Positions 8,469-18,170 of a DNA stretch of 64,000 bases are shown in pieces; within the stretch, counting starts at the first letter, position 1; the number at the start of each line of letters is the position of its first letter. Both the position numbers and the translations under genes were made by a program. Source of the DNA: Anaerolineales bacterium (GTDB lineage: Bacteria > Chloroflexota > Anaerolineae > Anaerolineales > Villigracilaceae). The notes beneath the pieces were generated by a model that worked only from the letters and a program-made list of their open reading frames with translations, searched no databases and was not told the origin of the DNA. Where the stretch lies: contig JBHORD010000165.1 of NCBI GenBank assembly GCA_042408355.1, positions 5,501 to 69,500 on the forward strand, read 5' to 3'.

Positions 8469-10202
8469 ATGCTGACAGAACTCCGCATCCAGAATTTCGC
8501 GATTATAGACAAACTCGATCTCAAGCCGGGACCCGGCCTCGTGATCCTGACCGGCGAAACGGGCGCGGGCAAATCCATCATCCTCGACGCGGTTGAGATG
8601 TTGATTGGAGGCCGCGCCGACGCAGCGGTGGTGAGAACCGATTCGGACGCGGCGTATGTCGAAGGCGTGTTCGCCCTCAAGGGGCCTGAAAAAGAAGCGG
8701 TAAACGAAATCCTGAAACGCGAAGAACTTTTGGATGATCCCGATTATGTGACGCTGGCGCGCGAAGTCCGGCGCGAGGGGCGAAGCATCGCACGCGTCAA
8801 TGGCCGGACGGTGGGCGTGTCGCTCCTGAAGGAAATTGGCGCGCGGTTGGTGGATATTCACGGTCAATCGGAACATCTTTCCTTGCTCGATCCGCGCGCG
8901 CATCTCGGTCTGTTGGATCGTTACGCAGACATTGCAAACCCCTTAGCCGAATATCGTCAGACGTATCAAAAGTTATTGAGCGTCCGCAAAGAGTTGAACG
9001 AACTCCGTCAGGCGCAGGCCGACGCGGAACGCCGCGTCGAAATGCTGATGTTTCAGGCGGAGGAGATCGAAGCCGCGAAGCTCAAGCCTGGCGAAGATGA
9101 TGAGTTGAAAAAAGAGCGCGACCGTTTGGCAAACGCCGAGTCGCTGGCGCAATATGCGCAGCATGCGCTCGAGGTTTTGGATGAAGGTTCGCAGGAATCT
9201 CCCGCGGCCAGCGATTTGATCGGGCAGGCCGCGCGGGCGTTGGCCGGACTTGCCAAGATTGATAAGGCGCAGGAAGAACTTGCCAATGCAGCCGCCGCGC
9301 TCGAAGATACGCTGGCAGATTTGGTGCGCAATTTGCGCGACTATCTGGATGAAATCGAATTCAACCCCAAACGTTTGGAGGAGGTCGAAGAACGTTTGAA
9401 TTTGATCCACAATCTCAAACGCAAATATGGCGGAAGCATTCCGGCGGTGATTGCATTCGGTCAAAGCGCGCGCCAACAATTGGAAACCATTTCCACTGCC
9501 GGCGAACGCATCCGTGCGCTCGAAACGGAGGAAGATAAACTGCTTCAAACGTTGTCGAAGCAGGCGGTTGCGCTTTCGGAAAAACGCAAAGCCGCGGCGG
9601 AAAAATTGGGCAAAAACATCGAGGCCGAACTCGACGATTTGAGAATGGCCTCGGCGCGCTTCGGCGTGGACTTTCAAACGCGCCCCGATCCAAACGGCAT
9701 CCCACTAAATGATGGTTCGCGCGTCGCGTTCGACTCAAATGGTTTCGACCGCGTGGAATTTCTCGTCGCGCCGAATCCCGGCGAAGGACTCAAACCGCTG
9801 GCGAAAATCGCCTCCGGCGGCGAGACTTCACGGCTTATGCTGGCGTTGAAAAACATCCTCGCCAGCGCGGACGAAATCCCGTCGTTGATCTTCGATGAAA
9901 TTGATCAGGGCATCGGCGGACGCGTGGGCCTGGTCGTCGGATTCAAGCTGTGGCATTTGGGGCGAAACCATCAAGTCTTTTGCGTGACGCATTTGCCGCA
10001 ACTCGCCGCCTTCGGCGATGAACATTATCAGGTGCAGAAGATCATTCAGGGCAACCGCACGTTGACGCGTGTCGAGCGGCTGAGCGGCGAACCGCAGCTG
10101 CTCGAACTTTCGCAGATGCTTGGCGAAGTGGGCGAAGGCACACTGCGTTCCGCGCATGAATTGATGCAGGCTGCGCGTCAGATGGTCAAGAGCGCAAAGT
10201 AA
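8469..10202 (+). CDS. recN: DNA repair protein RecN
   Basis: Walker A GETGAGKS, long coiled-coil middle region, SMC signature ASGGETSR and Walker B LIFDEID. Confidence 0.95.
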   Translation: MLTELRIQNFAIIDKLDLKPGPGLVILTGETGAGKSIILDAVEMLIGGRADAAVVRTDSDAAYVEGVFALKGPEKEAVNEILKREELLDDPDYVTLAREVRREGRSIARVNGRTVGVSLLKEIGARLVDIHGQSEHLSLLDPRAHLGLLDRYADIANPLAEYRQTYQKLLSVRKELNELRQAQADAERRVEMLMFQAEEIEAAKLKPGEDDELKKERDRLANAESLAQYAQHALEVLDEGSQESPAASDLIGQAARALAGLAKIDKAQEELANAAAALEDTLADLVRNLRDYLDEIEFNPKRLEEVEERLNLIHNLKRKYGGSIPAVIAFGQSARQQLETISTAGERIRALETEEDKLLQTLSKQAVALSEKRKAAAEKLGKNIEAELDDLRMASARFGVDFQTRPDPNGIPLNDGSRVAFDSNGFDRVEFLVAPNPGEGLKPLAKIASGGETSRLMLALKNILASADEIPSLIFDEIDQGIGGRVGLVVGFKLWHLGRNHQVFCVTHLPQLAAFGDEHYQVQKIIQGNRTLTRVERLSGEPQLLELSQMLGEVGEGTLRSAHELMQAARQMVKSAK

Positions 10203-10460
10203 ATGTAAAAAAACGACAGTGGACTTGTTCAAATCAGCGGGTTTGAAGTTGGAGTAAATGCTCGTAGCGAAGCCGAGGCGAAACCGCTATTAAATTGAAA
10301 GCCGGGAAAAGAGAGTGTGCGCTCAAAGCGTAAGGGATGGTCGAAGATCGCGCCCGGCAGTACGATCCCGAAGCGCTTCCCGCTGGCGCTTACTGAAACA
10401 ACCGCGAAACGCCTCGCAAAACTGGCGCAAGGCGGCATTCCGAACTCAGGTTTATTACAA

Positions 10461-10486
10461 AAATTCCCGCCGTGTGGCGGGAATTT
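10461..10486 (-). terminator. Intrinsic terminator (AAATTCCCGCC-GTGT-GGCGGGAATTT)
   Basis: Begins 3 nt after the stop of the 10490..10990 gene. On the minus strand it is followed by TTTTGTAAT. Confidence 0.6.
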
Positions 10487-10489
10487 GAT

Positions 10490-10990
10490 TTACTTCTCGA
10501 CTTTTTCCGAAACAACCGGCGGCGAAGCCGGAATGGATTTTCGCATTTGATCTTCCTGCATGGTAAGGATACCATTGCGAACCTGATTCATCACTTTATC
10601 CAGGGTGTCCTGCAATTTTTCCAACGTATCCAGCACGTAATCGTCGGCCTCGCGGCGGATATTTTCCGCTTCGGCGCGCGCCTGCAAAATGATCTGGTCG
10701 GCGCGGCGCTGAGCCTCAACCGTGATGCTGTCCTTCATCGTCATCTGGTCGGCCTTTTCTCGAGCCAGAGCAATCGTCCGATCGGCCTCCTCTTGCGCCT
10801 GCGCCAGAAAGCGGTCGCGCTGGCCTATGATCTGCTGTGCCTTCTTGACCTCATCCGGGACAACGATGCGCATCTGGTCAATGATCTCCAGCATGCGGTC
10901 TTCATCCACGATGACGTTATGTGTAAACGGCAAAGCTTTGGCTTCGTTGAAAAGTTCTTCCAGACGGTCAATCAGTTGCAGGATGTCCAT
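10490..10990 (-). CDS. Coiled-coil protein (ATPase subunit b/H-like), unknown function
   Basis: 166 aa, charged heptad-like sequence (AQAQEEADRTIALAREKAD...RRADQIILQARAEAENIRREA). Confidence 0.6.
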   Translation of the reverse strand: MDILQLIDRLEELFNEAKALPFTHNVIVDEDRMLEIIDQMRIVVPDEVKKAQQIIGQRDRFLAQAQEEADRTIALAREKADQMTMKDSITVEAQRRADQIILQARAEAENIRREADDYVLDTLEKLQDTLDKVMNQVRNGILTMQEDQMRKSIPASPPVVSEKVEK

Positions 10991-11087
10991 AAGTTCCTCC
11001 GCAGAGATCGGCGGACTCTTCGTATGATCAACAGGGACGATAACTCATTATACTGCTTCTTATATAAAAATTTCTCTTCCGAATGCG

Positions 11088-11606
11088 TCAATCTCGCAAT
11101 GCGTTGGGAGGGGAATGCCCGTCCCCCAAATCACTGACTTTTGCCTTCAATGCCTTTTCCACGTGCGGCGGGACCATGCTCGACACATCGCCATTTAACA
11201 TTGCGATCTCGCGCACTGTGCTGGACGAAAGAAACGTGTGCTCTTCCGCGGTGATCAGCGCGACCGTCTCGATATCCGCGGCCAGCCGCTGATTCGCCAG
11301 CGCCATGCGGAACTCAAACTCGAAGTCCGAGAAGACGCGCAGGCCGCGTACGATAACCTGCGCGTGAACTCTGCGCGCAAATTCAATTGTCAAGCCGCTG
11401 TATCCGACCACCTTGATCTTGGGGTTGTCCTTCACAGCCTCCATGACCAGCGCCATGCGCTCGTCCGGGTCGAACATCAATGACTTGAGCGGCTTGTCGT
11501 AAACCGCCATGACGACCTCATCGAAAAGACGCGAGGCGCGCGCGGCAATATCCATATGACCGTAATGGATGGGATCGAACGTGCCGGGAAACAAAGCTCT
11601 AACCAT
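11088..11606 (-). CDS. coaD: Phosphopantetheine adenylyltransferase
   Basis: FPGTFDPIHYGHMDI nucleotidyltransferase motif. Start taken at the MVRALFPG ATG (11606) preceded by GGAGA; the longer track ORF adds an implausible N-terminus. Confidence 0.9.
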   Translation of the reverse strand: MVRALFPGTFDPIHYGHMDIAARASRLFDEVVMAVYDKPLKSLMFDPDERMALVMEAVKDNPKIKVVGYSGLTIEFARRVHAQVIVRGLRVFSDFEFEFRMALANQRLAADIETVALITAEEHTFLSSSTVREIAMLNGDVSSMVPPHVEKALKAKVSDLGDGHSPPNALRD

Positions 11607-11720
11607 GCATTCTCCAATTTTTAAACACAACCGGCGCAAAGACCGCTGCGGTTTGAATCCAAAGGACTTTGCGCACTCGCCCGCACTTGTATGCAGGCGC
11701 AAGCGTCGTGTCTTTTGTGT

Positions 11721-14204
11721 TTAAGATACATCGCCTTTGCCCTGGCTCCAGAAGCGTTGCAAGGATTCCGCCAGCAAAGCATGTTCGGGTTTTTGTAAAT
11801 CGGCATCTTCTTCGAACAATCTTTGCGCCTCGAGGCGCGCTTTCTCGATCAACGCCACATCGGTCAGGCTTGCCATGCGTAAACCAGATGCATAACCCGA
11901 TTGCCGCGTGCCGAGAAATTCGCCGGGGCCGCGCTGCTGCAAATCGCGTTCGGCCAGCACAAAGCCATCGTTGGATTCAGCCATCGCCTGCAAACGTTCG
12001 CTCTCCGCCTTGTCTTCGTGCGTTGGAATCAACAGACAATATGATTGCGCCGGGCCGCGCCCAACGCGGCCGCGCAGTTGATGCAGTTGCGCCAGGCCGA
12101 ATCGGTCGGCGCCTTCGATCAGCATCACCGTCGCGTTTGGAACATCCACGCCTACTTCCACGACGGTGGTCGAAACCAAAATATCGTATTGCCCGTCGCG
12201 AAACTTGAGCATGGTCTCGTCTTTTTCATCGGCCCGCATGCGTCCATGCAAAAGGCCGAGTTTGAGATCAGGGAAAATTTCCTTCGACAGGACCTCATAA
12301 TCATCCACCGCGGCGGGCAGGTCTCCCAGCTTTTCACTTTCCTCGATCAACGGATAAATGATAAAAGCCTGATGTCCCTCTTGAATCTGTCCGCGGATCA
12401 ATGTGTAGGCGCGCTCGCGTTCCTGCGGCCGCAGGACGTAGGTATTGACCGGCTGGCGGCCCGCCGGCATTTCGTCTATGAGGGATAAATCGAGATCGCC
12501 GTAAATCGTCAATGCCAGCGAACGCGGAATCGGCGTGGCAGTCATCACCAGCAAATGCGGATTGGTTCCTTTGGAGCGGAGTTCCGCCCGCTGTTCCACG
12601 CCGAAGCGGTGCTGTTCGTCAATCACAGCCAATTGCAAATCCTTGAACTGAACCGGGCCTTCAATGACCGCGTGCGTGCCGATGACAATTTTGATCGAAC
12701 CGTCTGCCAATCCATTGCGGATCGCCTCTTTCTCCACTTCGGGCGTATCGCCAACCAGCAAGCGAATCTCATCCTCGTGCATGATTCCGCTTTCGCCAGC
12801 GAGTTGATTCTTGAAACTACGATAATGCTGTTCCGCCAGGATTGAAGTTGGAGCCATGACCGCGGCTTGCGCGCCGTTCGATGTGATGATCGCGGCGGCG
12901 AGCGCGGCGACAACGGTCTTGCCCGAACCGACATCGCCTTGCAGAAGTCGATTCATCGGTTTGCCCGAATCCAAATCGGCGCGGATTTCAGCGAGGGCGC
13001 GCTGCTGTGCATTTGTCAGCGTGAAGGGAAGGCTCGTTAAACGCGCCGCCAGCCAATCGTCCGGGACTGAGAAGCGGCGCGCCTCGGCCTGTTTCCAATC
13101 GCGCTTTTGCCGCATCACGCCCATCTGCAAGAAGAAAATTTCATCGAAAGCCAGCCGCTCACGCGCCGCTTTCAACAAGTCCTGCGAATCGGGAAAATGA
13201 ATTTGCAACAAGGCCTGGCCCAGGCTGATTAACTGCGCGGAGGAACGAACGCTTTCCGGCAGTGAGTCGGCCACCGCCGGCGCCCAATACGTCACGACTT
13301 GCTTCATCAAACCGCGCAGCCACTTCTGCGTGATCTTCGCGGTCAGCGGATAAATCGGCACGATGCGGTTGGTGTGCAAATGTTCGATGTCCACCGATTC
13401 CCAATCGGGCTGGTTCATCACGAGGCGGCCCAGATATTGCTCCACTTTTCCCGAAACAGAAATCTGCATTCCCTCTTTGAGGCGATTGGCCATCCACGGC
13501 TGGTTGAACCACGAGAGCCGCAGTGCGCCGGTGCCATCGCTGAGAATGGCTTCGACAATCGTAGCCGAGCCGCTGCGAATGGGGCGCGTATGCACCGATT
13601 GAATCGTGCCGATCACGGTCACCTGCTCGCCGTACCACAAACTTTTGATCGGTTTGAGCTGTGAATAATCGTCGTAGCGGCGCGGGAAATAATAGAGCAT
13701 GTCGCCGAGCGTTTTCATGCCGAGGCTTTCGAGTGTGGCGGCGTGCCTCGGACCGACGCCTTGAAGAACCGTTAGCGGGGCGTCGAGCGCGGCGGGCGTT
13801 TGACTCGTTTTCGCGCCGGGAACAGATTCGGAGCGCGGCGGAGGCGCGGGGCGCTGTTGCTGTAGAGGACGACTCGGTTGCGGGCGCGATTGTGCCGGCG
13901 CGGATTCTGTGGCTTGCGGCCGCGGCCGTTGCTGGGACCTTTGTGCGGCTTCGGGATACGCTTCACCGATGCGCTTCCACAAACCTTTCAACGCGTCGGC
14001 GCGGGACTGCGGGCTGAGGCCCTCATACGAGCGGAGTCTCTGCACGACGGCTTGAATCACTTCTTCGCTAACGCCGTCGGCGCGCGCCTCGCCTTCCCAA
14101 AAATCAAGCATCTTTGCCAACCCGCCGATGATTGCGTTATTGCTGTATCCGTTCTCGTGTTCGAGGCGGAAGAATTTTCGAAGTTTCTCTAGTGAAGGCT
14201 GCAT
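11721..14204 (-). CDS. recG: ATP-dependent DNA helicase RecG with extended N-terminus
   Basis: Wedge domain plus helicase motifs GDVGSGKT and VIDEQHRFG. About 150-aa N-terminal extension including a P/Q/S-rich low-complexity linker. Confidence 0.95.
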   Translation of the reverse strand: MQPSLEKLRKFFRLEHENGYSNNAIIGGLAKMLDFWEGEARADGVSEEVIQAVVQRLRSYEGLSPQSRADALKGLWKRIGEAYPEAAQRSQQRPRPQATESAPAQSRPQPSRPLQQQRPAPPPRSESVPGAKTSQTPAALDAPLTVLQGVGPRHAATLESLGMKTLGDMLYYFPRRYDDYSQLKPIKSLWYGEQVTVIGTIQSVHTRPIRSGSATIVEAILSDGTGALRLSWFNQPWMANRLKEGMQISVSGKVEQYLGRLVMNQPDWESVDIEHLHTNRIVPIYPLTAKITQKWLRGLMKQVVTYWAPAVADSLPESVRSSAQLISLGQALLQIHFPDSQDLLKAARERLAFDEIFFLQMGVMRQKRDWKQAEARRFSVPDDWLAARLTSLPFTLTNAQQRALAEIRADLDSGKPMNRLLQGDVGSGKTVVAALAAAIITSNGAQAAVMAPTSILAEQHYRSFKNQLAGESGIMHEDEIRLLVGDTPEVEKEAIRNGLADGSIKIVIGTHAVIEGPVQFKDLQLAVIDEQHRFGVEQRAELRSKGTNPHLLVMTATPIPRSLALTIYGDLDLSLIDEMPAGRQPVNTYVLRPQERERAYTLIRGQIQEGHQAFIIYPLIEESEKLGDLPAAVDDYEVLSKEIFPDLKLGLLHGRMRADEKDETMLKFRDGQYDILVSTTVVEVGVDVPNATVMLIEGADRFGLAQLHQLRGRVGRGPAQSYCLLIPTHEDKAESERLQAMAESNDGFVLAERDLQQRGPGEFLGTRQSGYASGLRMASLTDVALIEKARLEAQRLFEEDADLQKPEHALLAESLQRFWSQGKGDVS

Positions 14205-14441
14205 GAGATTATTTTATCATGGGGGAGGCGAAAGGACTTCGGCCCCGCCAGGCGAAATACATTCAACCAAAACTTGTTTTCCTCAATTTCAAAATCCCTG
14301 TTTCAGAAAAGCTTCCGCGGCCTCTATGAATTCCCCGGCTCCTCCTGTCATTTCACGAACTTCATCAAGATAGGCTCACCTGCAAGACATCCTATTTTGA
14401 GGCAATTATTTTTTTCTAATGCGATTGCCCTGCGACAACAT

Positions 14442-14732
14442 CTACTTTACCAATTCTTTAAATTCCGGATGCCGCTTGATGTAACCGTCCACAAACCAGC
14501 ACAAGGTTCTCACGTTGAGCGAGTTTTCCTGTGCATACGTCAGCGCGGCTTTCGCCAGTTTACTCCCAATGCCCTGACCTTCCAGCGCGGGCGGAACAAA
14601 GGTGTGAACGAAGAGAATCGTTTGTCCCTGCAAAAGATAGGTTAACTCGGCGAGGTAAGAATGCACGCGGATTTCAAACCGCTTTCGTTCAACGTTGTGA
14701 ACGACGTTCAGGCTGCCAGGTTCAAAACGCAT
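14442..14732 (-). CDS. Small GNAT-like acetyltransferase domain protein (YjdJ-like)
   Basis: 96 aa from MRFEPG. QGQGIGSKLAKAAL acetyl-CoA-binding-like motif. The start lies immediately after the agmatinase stop. Confidence 0.65.
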   Translation of the reverse strand: MRFEPGSLNVVHNVERKRFEIRVHSYLAELTYLLQGQTILFVHTFVPPALEGQGIGSKLAKAALTYAQENSLNVRTLCWFVDGYIKRHPEFKELVK

Positions 14733-14733
14733 G

Positions 14734-15636
14734 TTATTTACTCGATTGTTTCGCCCGCGCAATGACCGCGACGAACTCCATGATGATTTTGAGCGCGGCG
14801 AAAACGGTCGCTTCGGATTCGTCGAGCGGCGGCGCGACTTCAACAACATCCAACCCCGCTAACGGCAAGCCCTGAAGCGATTGAATCAATGTGATGACCT
14901 GGCGCGAAGTCAATCCGCCCGAATCGGGAATGCCTGTGCCGGGCGCGAAGGCGGGATCGAGGCAATCAATATCCAATGAGACATGCACCGCATCGCATCT
15001 CGATAAGATTTTATGAACCTCTGCGGCGATGGGCTTCATGCCGCGTTCGGCCGCGTCCGCGGCGGTGTAAACGTTCAAGCCGCCGTTCTCAATCAAGTCA
15101 ATTTCCTGATCTTCCCACGAGCGCAAACCGACCATGCAAACGTCTTCGGGCTTGACGCCGAACTCCAGTCCGCGGCGCAGGACGCAGGCATGGGAAAGTT
15201 TCGAGCCGTTGAACTCATCGCATAAATCCGGATGCGCGTCCACCCACAAAACGCCGAGGCGTTTATTTTCGAATCGCTCGCGCTGGCCTTGAAAAATTGG
15301 AATCGTCACGGAGTGATCGCCGCCGAGCAGGATGGGCATGTTAGGCAGAGTCGCCACTTTTTGGCGAATCCGCTCGAAGTCCCGCGCGGGATGCGTGATG
15401 GCAATATCGCCCAAATCGCAGATGCGAATCTCTTTGAGCCGCGTCCGGTCTTCGCTGAACGGCGTCATGTGCTGTGACCAAAAGCGAATCCGCTCGGGGC
15501 CGCGCGAGGCGCCTTTGCGCGCGCTGGCAAGCCCGTCGAACGGAATGCCGATGATCGAGAAATCGGAATCGGCGGGGGAATAATCCGGGCGGCAAAGATC
15601 AGCCCAAAGTCCGTGAGTGGCAGCGGGATCGGTCAT
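14734..15636 (-). CDS. speB: Agmatinase / ureohydrolase family
   Basis: Arginase-family metal motifs GGDHSVT, DAHPDL and SLDIDCLDPAFAPGTG. Confidence 0.85.
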   Translation of the reverse strand: MTDPAATHGLWADLCRPDYSPADSDFSIIGIPFDGLASARKGASRGPERIRFWSQHMTPFSEDRTRLKEIRICDLGDIAITHPARDFERIRQKVATLPNMPILLGGDHSVTIPIFQGQRERFENKRLGVLWVDAHPDLCDEFNGSKLSHACVLRRGLEFGVKPEDVCMVGLRSWEDQEIDLIENGGLNVYTAADAAERGMKPIAAEVHKILSRCDAVHVSLDIDCLDPAFAPGTGIPDSGGLTSRQVITLIQSLQGLPLAGLDVVEVAPPLDESEATVFAALKIIMEFVAVIARAKQSSK

Positions 15637-15702
15637 ATTGTTTTGCCTCTTTCAAATTTTATCCGATAAAACGAGAGCAGGCTTTTTGACGGCTCCGTTC
15701 TC

Positions 15703-16566
15703 TCAATCTTCAACCGGATAGTAACACAAGCCCGCCGTGCCCGGCCCCGTATGGACAGCCAGCGCGGGCGAAAGTTCAGCAAACATCGACTCGACCACAT
15801 TCACTTTTGATTCGACCAAATCCTTGATCTTTTCCACTTCGCGCTGTGCCCCTGCATGAACATAAGCGACTCTGGCTTTGCCTTTTCCAATTGCCTGCGC
15901 GACCATATCGGCCATCTGTTGATAGGCTTGGCCGCGGCTGTGAGCTTTGCCAAGCGGCACAATTTCGCCATCCTCCACACCGATCAGCGGCTTGATGTTG
16001 AGCATGGTGCCAAGCAGATTTTGCGCCTTGCCAATGCGCCCGCCGAGGTAAAGATAGCGGAGCGTATCCGCCGTTTGAATCATATGCGTGACGGGAATCA
16101 TCTTTTTAACGCGCGCCGTGATCTCGTTCAAACTCCAGCCCGATAACGCGGCGCGCGCCGCCTCGATCGCCATCCAGCCCTGACAAAGCGACGCGGAACG
16201 CGTGTCAATCACTTCAAGCCGAATGTTCGGATGGCTTTCCTTGAGCATGGATTGCGCGACGGTCGCGGCCTGATATCCGCCGCTTGCTTTGGATGTCATT
16301 TGGATGCTGATGATTTCCTCCGCTCCATTCTCAACCAGTTTTTCATACGCCTGGTAATAATCCCCCGGACCGGGGCTGGCAGTAGTCGGCACAAATTTGG
16401 CGGTGATCAGCCAGCGCAAAAATTCTTCCCGCTGAATCGTGACCAGATCGCGCAGAACTTCCTGTCCGCGATGAATATAATAAGCCACCGTGCTGATTTT
16501 GAGACTGTTTAGAATCGTCTCCGGCAGGCTGGCCGTGCTGTCCGTCAAAACCGCAACATTGGGCAT
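15703..16566 (-). CDS. DegV family fatty-acid-binding protein
   Basis: VLTDSTASLP N-terminus and overall DegV layout, 287 aa. Confidence 0.85.
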   Translation of the reverse strand: MPNVAVLTDSTASLPETILNSLKISTVAYYIHRGQEVLRDLVTIQREEFLRWLITAKFVPTTASPGPGDYYQAYEKLVENGAEEIISIQMTSKASGGYQAATVAQSMLKESHPNIRLEVIDTRSASLCQGWMAIEAARAALSGWSLNEITARVKKMIPVTHMIQTADTLRYLYLGGRIGKAQNLLGTMLNIKPLIGVEDGEIVPLGKAHSRGQAYQQMADMVAQAIGKGKARVAYVHAGAQREVEKIKDLVESKVNVVESMFAELSPALAVHTGPGTAGLCYYPVED

Positions 16567-16635
16567 TTTATCTCGCTTTCTCTCCTCTTCATTTTACACC
16601 CGCAGACGCTGCATCTATGCTTTTGCAAAGTGCGG

Positions 16636-16664
16636 TTGACCTGCATTTTGTTTCCACTTACAAT
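16636..16664 (+). promoter_or_regulatory. Sigma-70 promoter TTGACC-17-TACAAT for kamA
   Basis: -35 at 16636..16641, exact 17-nt spacer, -10 at 16659..16664. Leaves a ~130-nt structured leader. Confidence 0.55.
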
Positions 16665-16799
16665 ACTACTAACGATGGTTAAGGTTTCTAACCATATTGC
16701 CGGTTTCTTTCGGCCCGATCACGATCCTCCGTCGGGGCTGGTTTTCGCGTCCGTTTCACCTTAGCTTCATTTGTCATCTAACATTCGGAGGATTATCTT

Positions 16800-18146
16800 A
16801 TGCCTACACCTATCCTTTCCAAACGCGCTCCTGTCTATGCCGGCGTTCCCGATGAAAAGTGGAACGACTGGCGCTGGCAGTTGAGTCACCGTCTCAATAC
16901 TGTTGAGGAAATTGAGAAGGTCATTCCGTTGACCGATTCGGAGAAAAAGGCTCTGAACACCAGCGGTTTGTTCCGCGTGGATGTGACGCCGTATTTCATC
17001 TCGTTGATTGACCCGGACGATCCCAATGACCCGATTCGCAAGCAAATCATTCCGACCGATGCGGAGATTACGCCATTCACCGGAATGATGGAAGACTCGC
17101 TCGCGGAAGACCGCCACTCGCCTGTGCCTGGGCTGGTTCACCGTTATCCGGATAGAGTCCTCATGCTTGTGACCACACAATGTGCGTCGTATTGCCGGTA
17201 TTGCACGCGCTCGCGCATCGTCGGCGACCCGGGGCAGACATTTTCGCGTCACGAGTTCGAGATGCAGATCGAATATCTCAAACGGACTCCGCAAGTGCGC
17301 GACGTTTTGCTTTCCGGCGGCGATCCGCTTGTGCTTGCGCCAAAAATTCTCGAAGAGATCCTGACGCGTCTGCGCGAGATTCCGCACATCGAAATTGTCC
17401 GCATTGGCTCGCGCGTGCCGGTCTTCCTGCCGATGCGCGTCACGCAGGAATTGTGCGACATGCTCAGCAAATTCCATCCGCTGTGGCTGAACATTCACGT
17501 CAATCATCCCAATGAAATCACAAAAGAACTGGCTGACGCATGCGACCGCATGACGCGCGCCGGAATCCCATTGGGCAACCAGTCCGTTCTTTTGGCCGGG
17601 ATCAATGATTGCGTTCACATCCAGCGCGAATTGGTCCAGAAGCTGACGCGGATTCGCGTCCGCCCGTATTATTTGTATCAATGCGATCTGGTCGAAGGCG
17701 CGGGACATTTCCGCACGCCGGTCGCGAAAGGCATCGAGATCATTGAAGGCCTGCGCGGCCATACCTCCGGCTACGCCGTTCCGCAATTCATCGTGGATGC
17801 GCCCGGCGGCGGCGGCAAGATTCCGGTCATGCCCAATTACCAGATCAGCGCTTCGGATCATAAAGTCATTTTGCGCAATTACGAGGGCTACATCACGACC
17901 TATGAAGAGCCGACCGATTACAAGGCGCACGATCCGAAGACTTGCAAGTTCTGTCAGAACAAGCGGCCCGAGGCCGGTCAAACCGGCATCACCGGCCTGC
18001 TCGATAGCGAAGAAATGTTTATCAAGCCCACAGGCTTCGACGAAGTCCACGACCGCCATGGAATCCAGCATCGTTTGAAAGATGAAAAGAAATGGCAGCC
18101 GTTGGGAATCGGCAGTGGTGAAACGAGTCCGCACGAAGAAGCCTGA
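16800..18146 (+). CDS. kamA: L-lysine 2,3-aminomutase (radical SAM)
   Basis: CASYCRYCTRS CxxxCxxC cluster motif, SGGDPL, 448 aa KamA-length protein. Confidence 0.9.
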   Translation: MPTPILSKRAPVYAGVPDEKWNDWRWQLSHRLNTVEEIEKVIPLTDSEKKALNTSGLFRVDVTPYFISLIDPDDPNDPIRKQIIPTDAEITPFTGMMEDSLAEDRHSPVPGLVHRYPDRVLMLVTTQCASYCRYCTRSRIVGDPGQTFSRHEFEMQIEYLKRTPQVRDVLLSGGDPLVLAPKILEEILTRLREIPHIEIVRIGSRVPVFLPMRVTQELCDMLSKFHPLWLNIHVNHPNEITKELADACDRMTRAGIPLGNQSVLLAGINDCVHIQRELVQKLTRIRVRPYYLYQCDLVEGAGHFRTPVAKGIEIIEGLRGHTSGYAVPQFIVDAPGGGGKIPVMPNYQISASDHKVILRNYEGYITTYEEPTDYKAHDPKTCKFCQNKRPEAGQTGITGLLDSEEMFIKPTGFDEVHDRHGIQHRLKDEKKWQPLGIGSGETSPHEEA

Positions 18147-18170
18147 CTTCAAGCAAGCAAGGAGAATAAG

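Noticed and set aside
10317-10550. 77-aa ORF with a ribbon-helix-helix-like start (KRFPLALTETTAKRLAKLAQGG)
   Set aside because: The frame runs straight through the strong terminator hairpin at 10461..10486 and into the convergent gene before reaching a stop. It therefore cannot be a normal gene. At most it is a decayed remnant.
16665-16799. Lysine (L-box) riboswitch upstream of kamA
   Set aside because: The leader is too short, and I could not find the conserved L-box helices or motifs. It is kept only as an unclassified structured leader.
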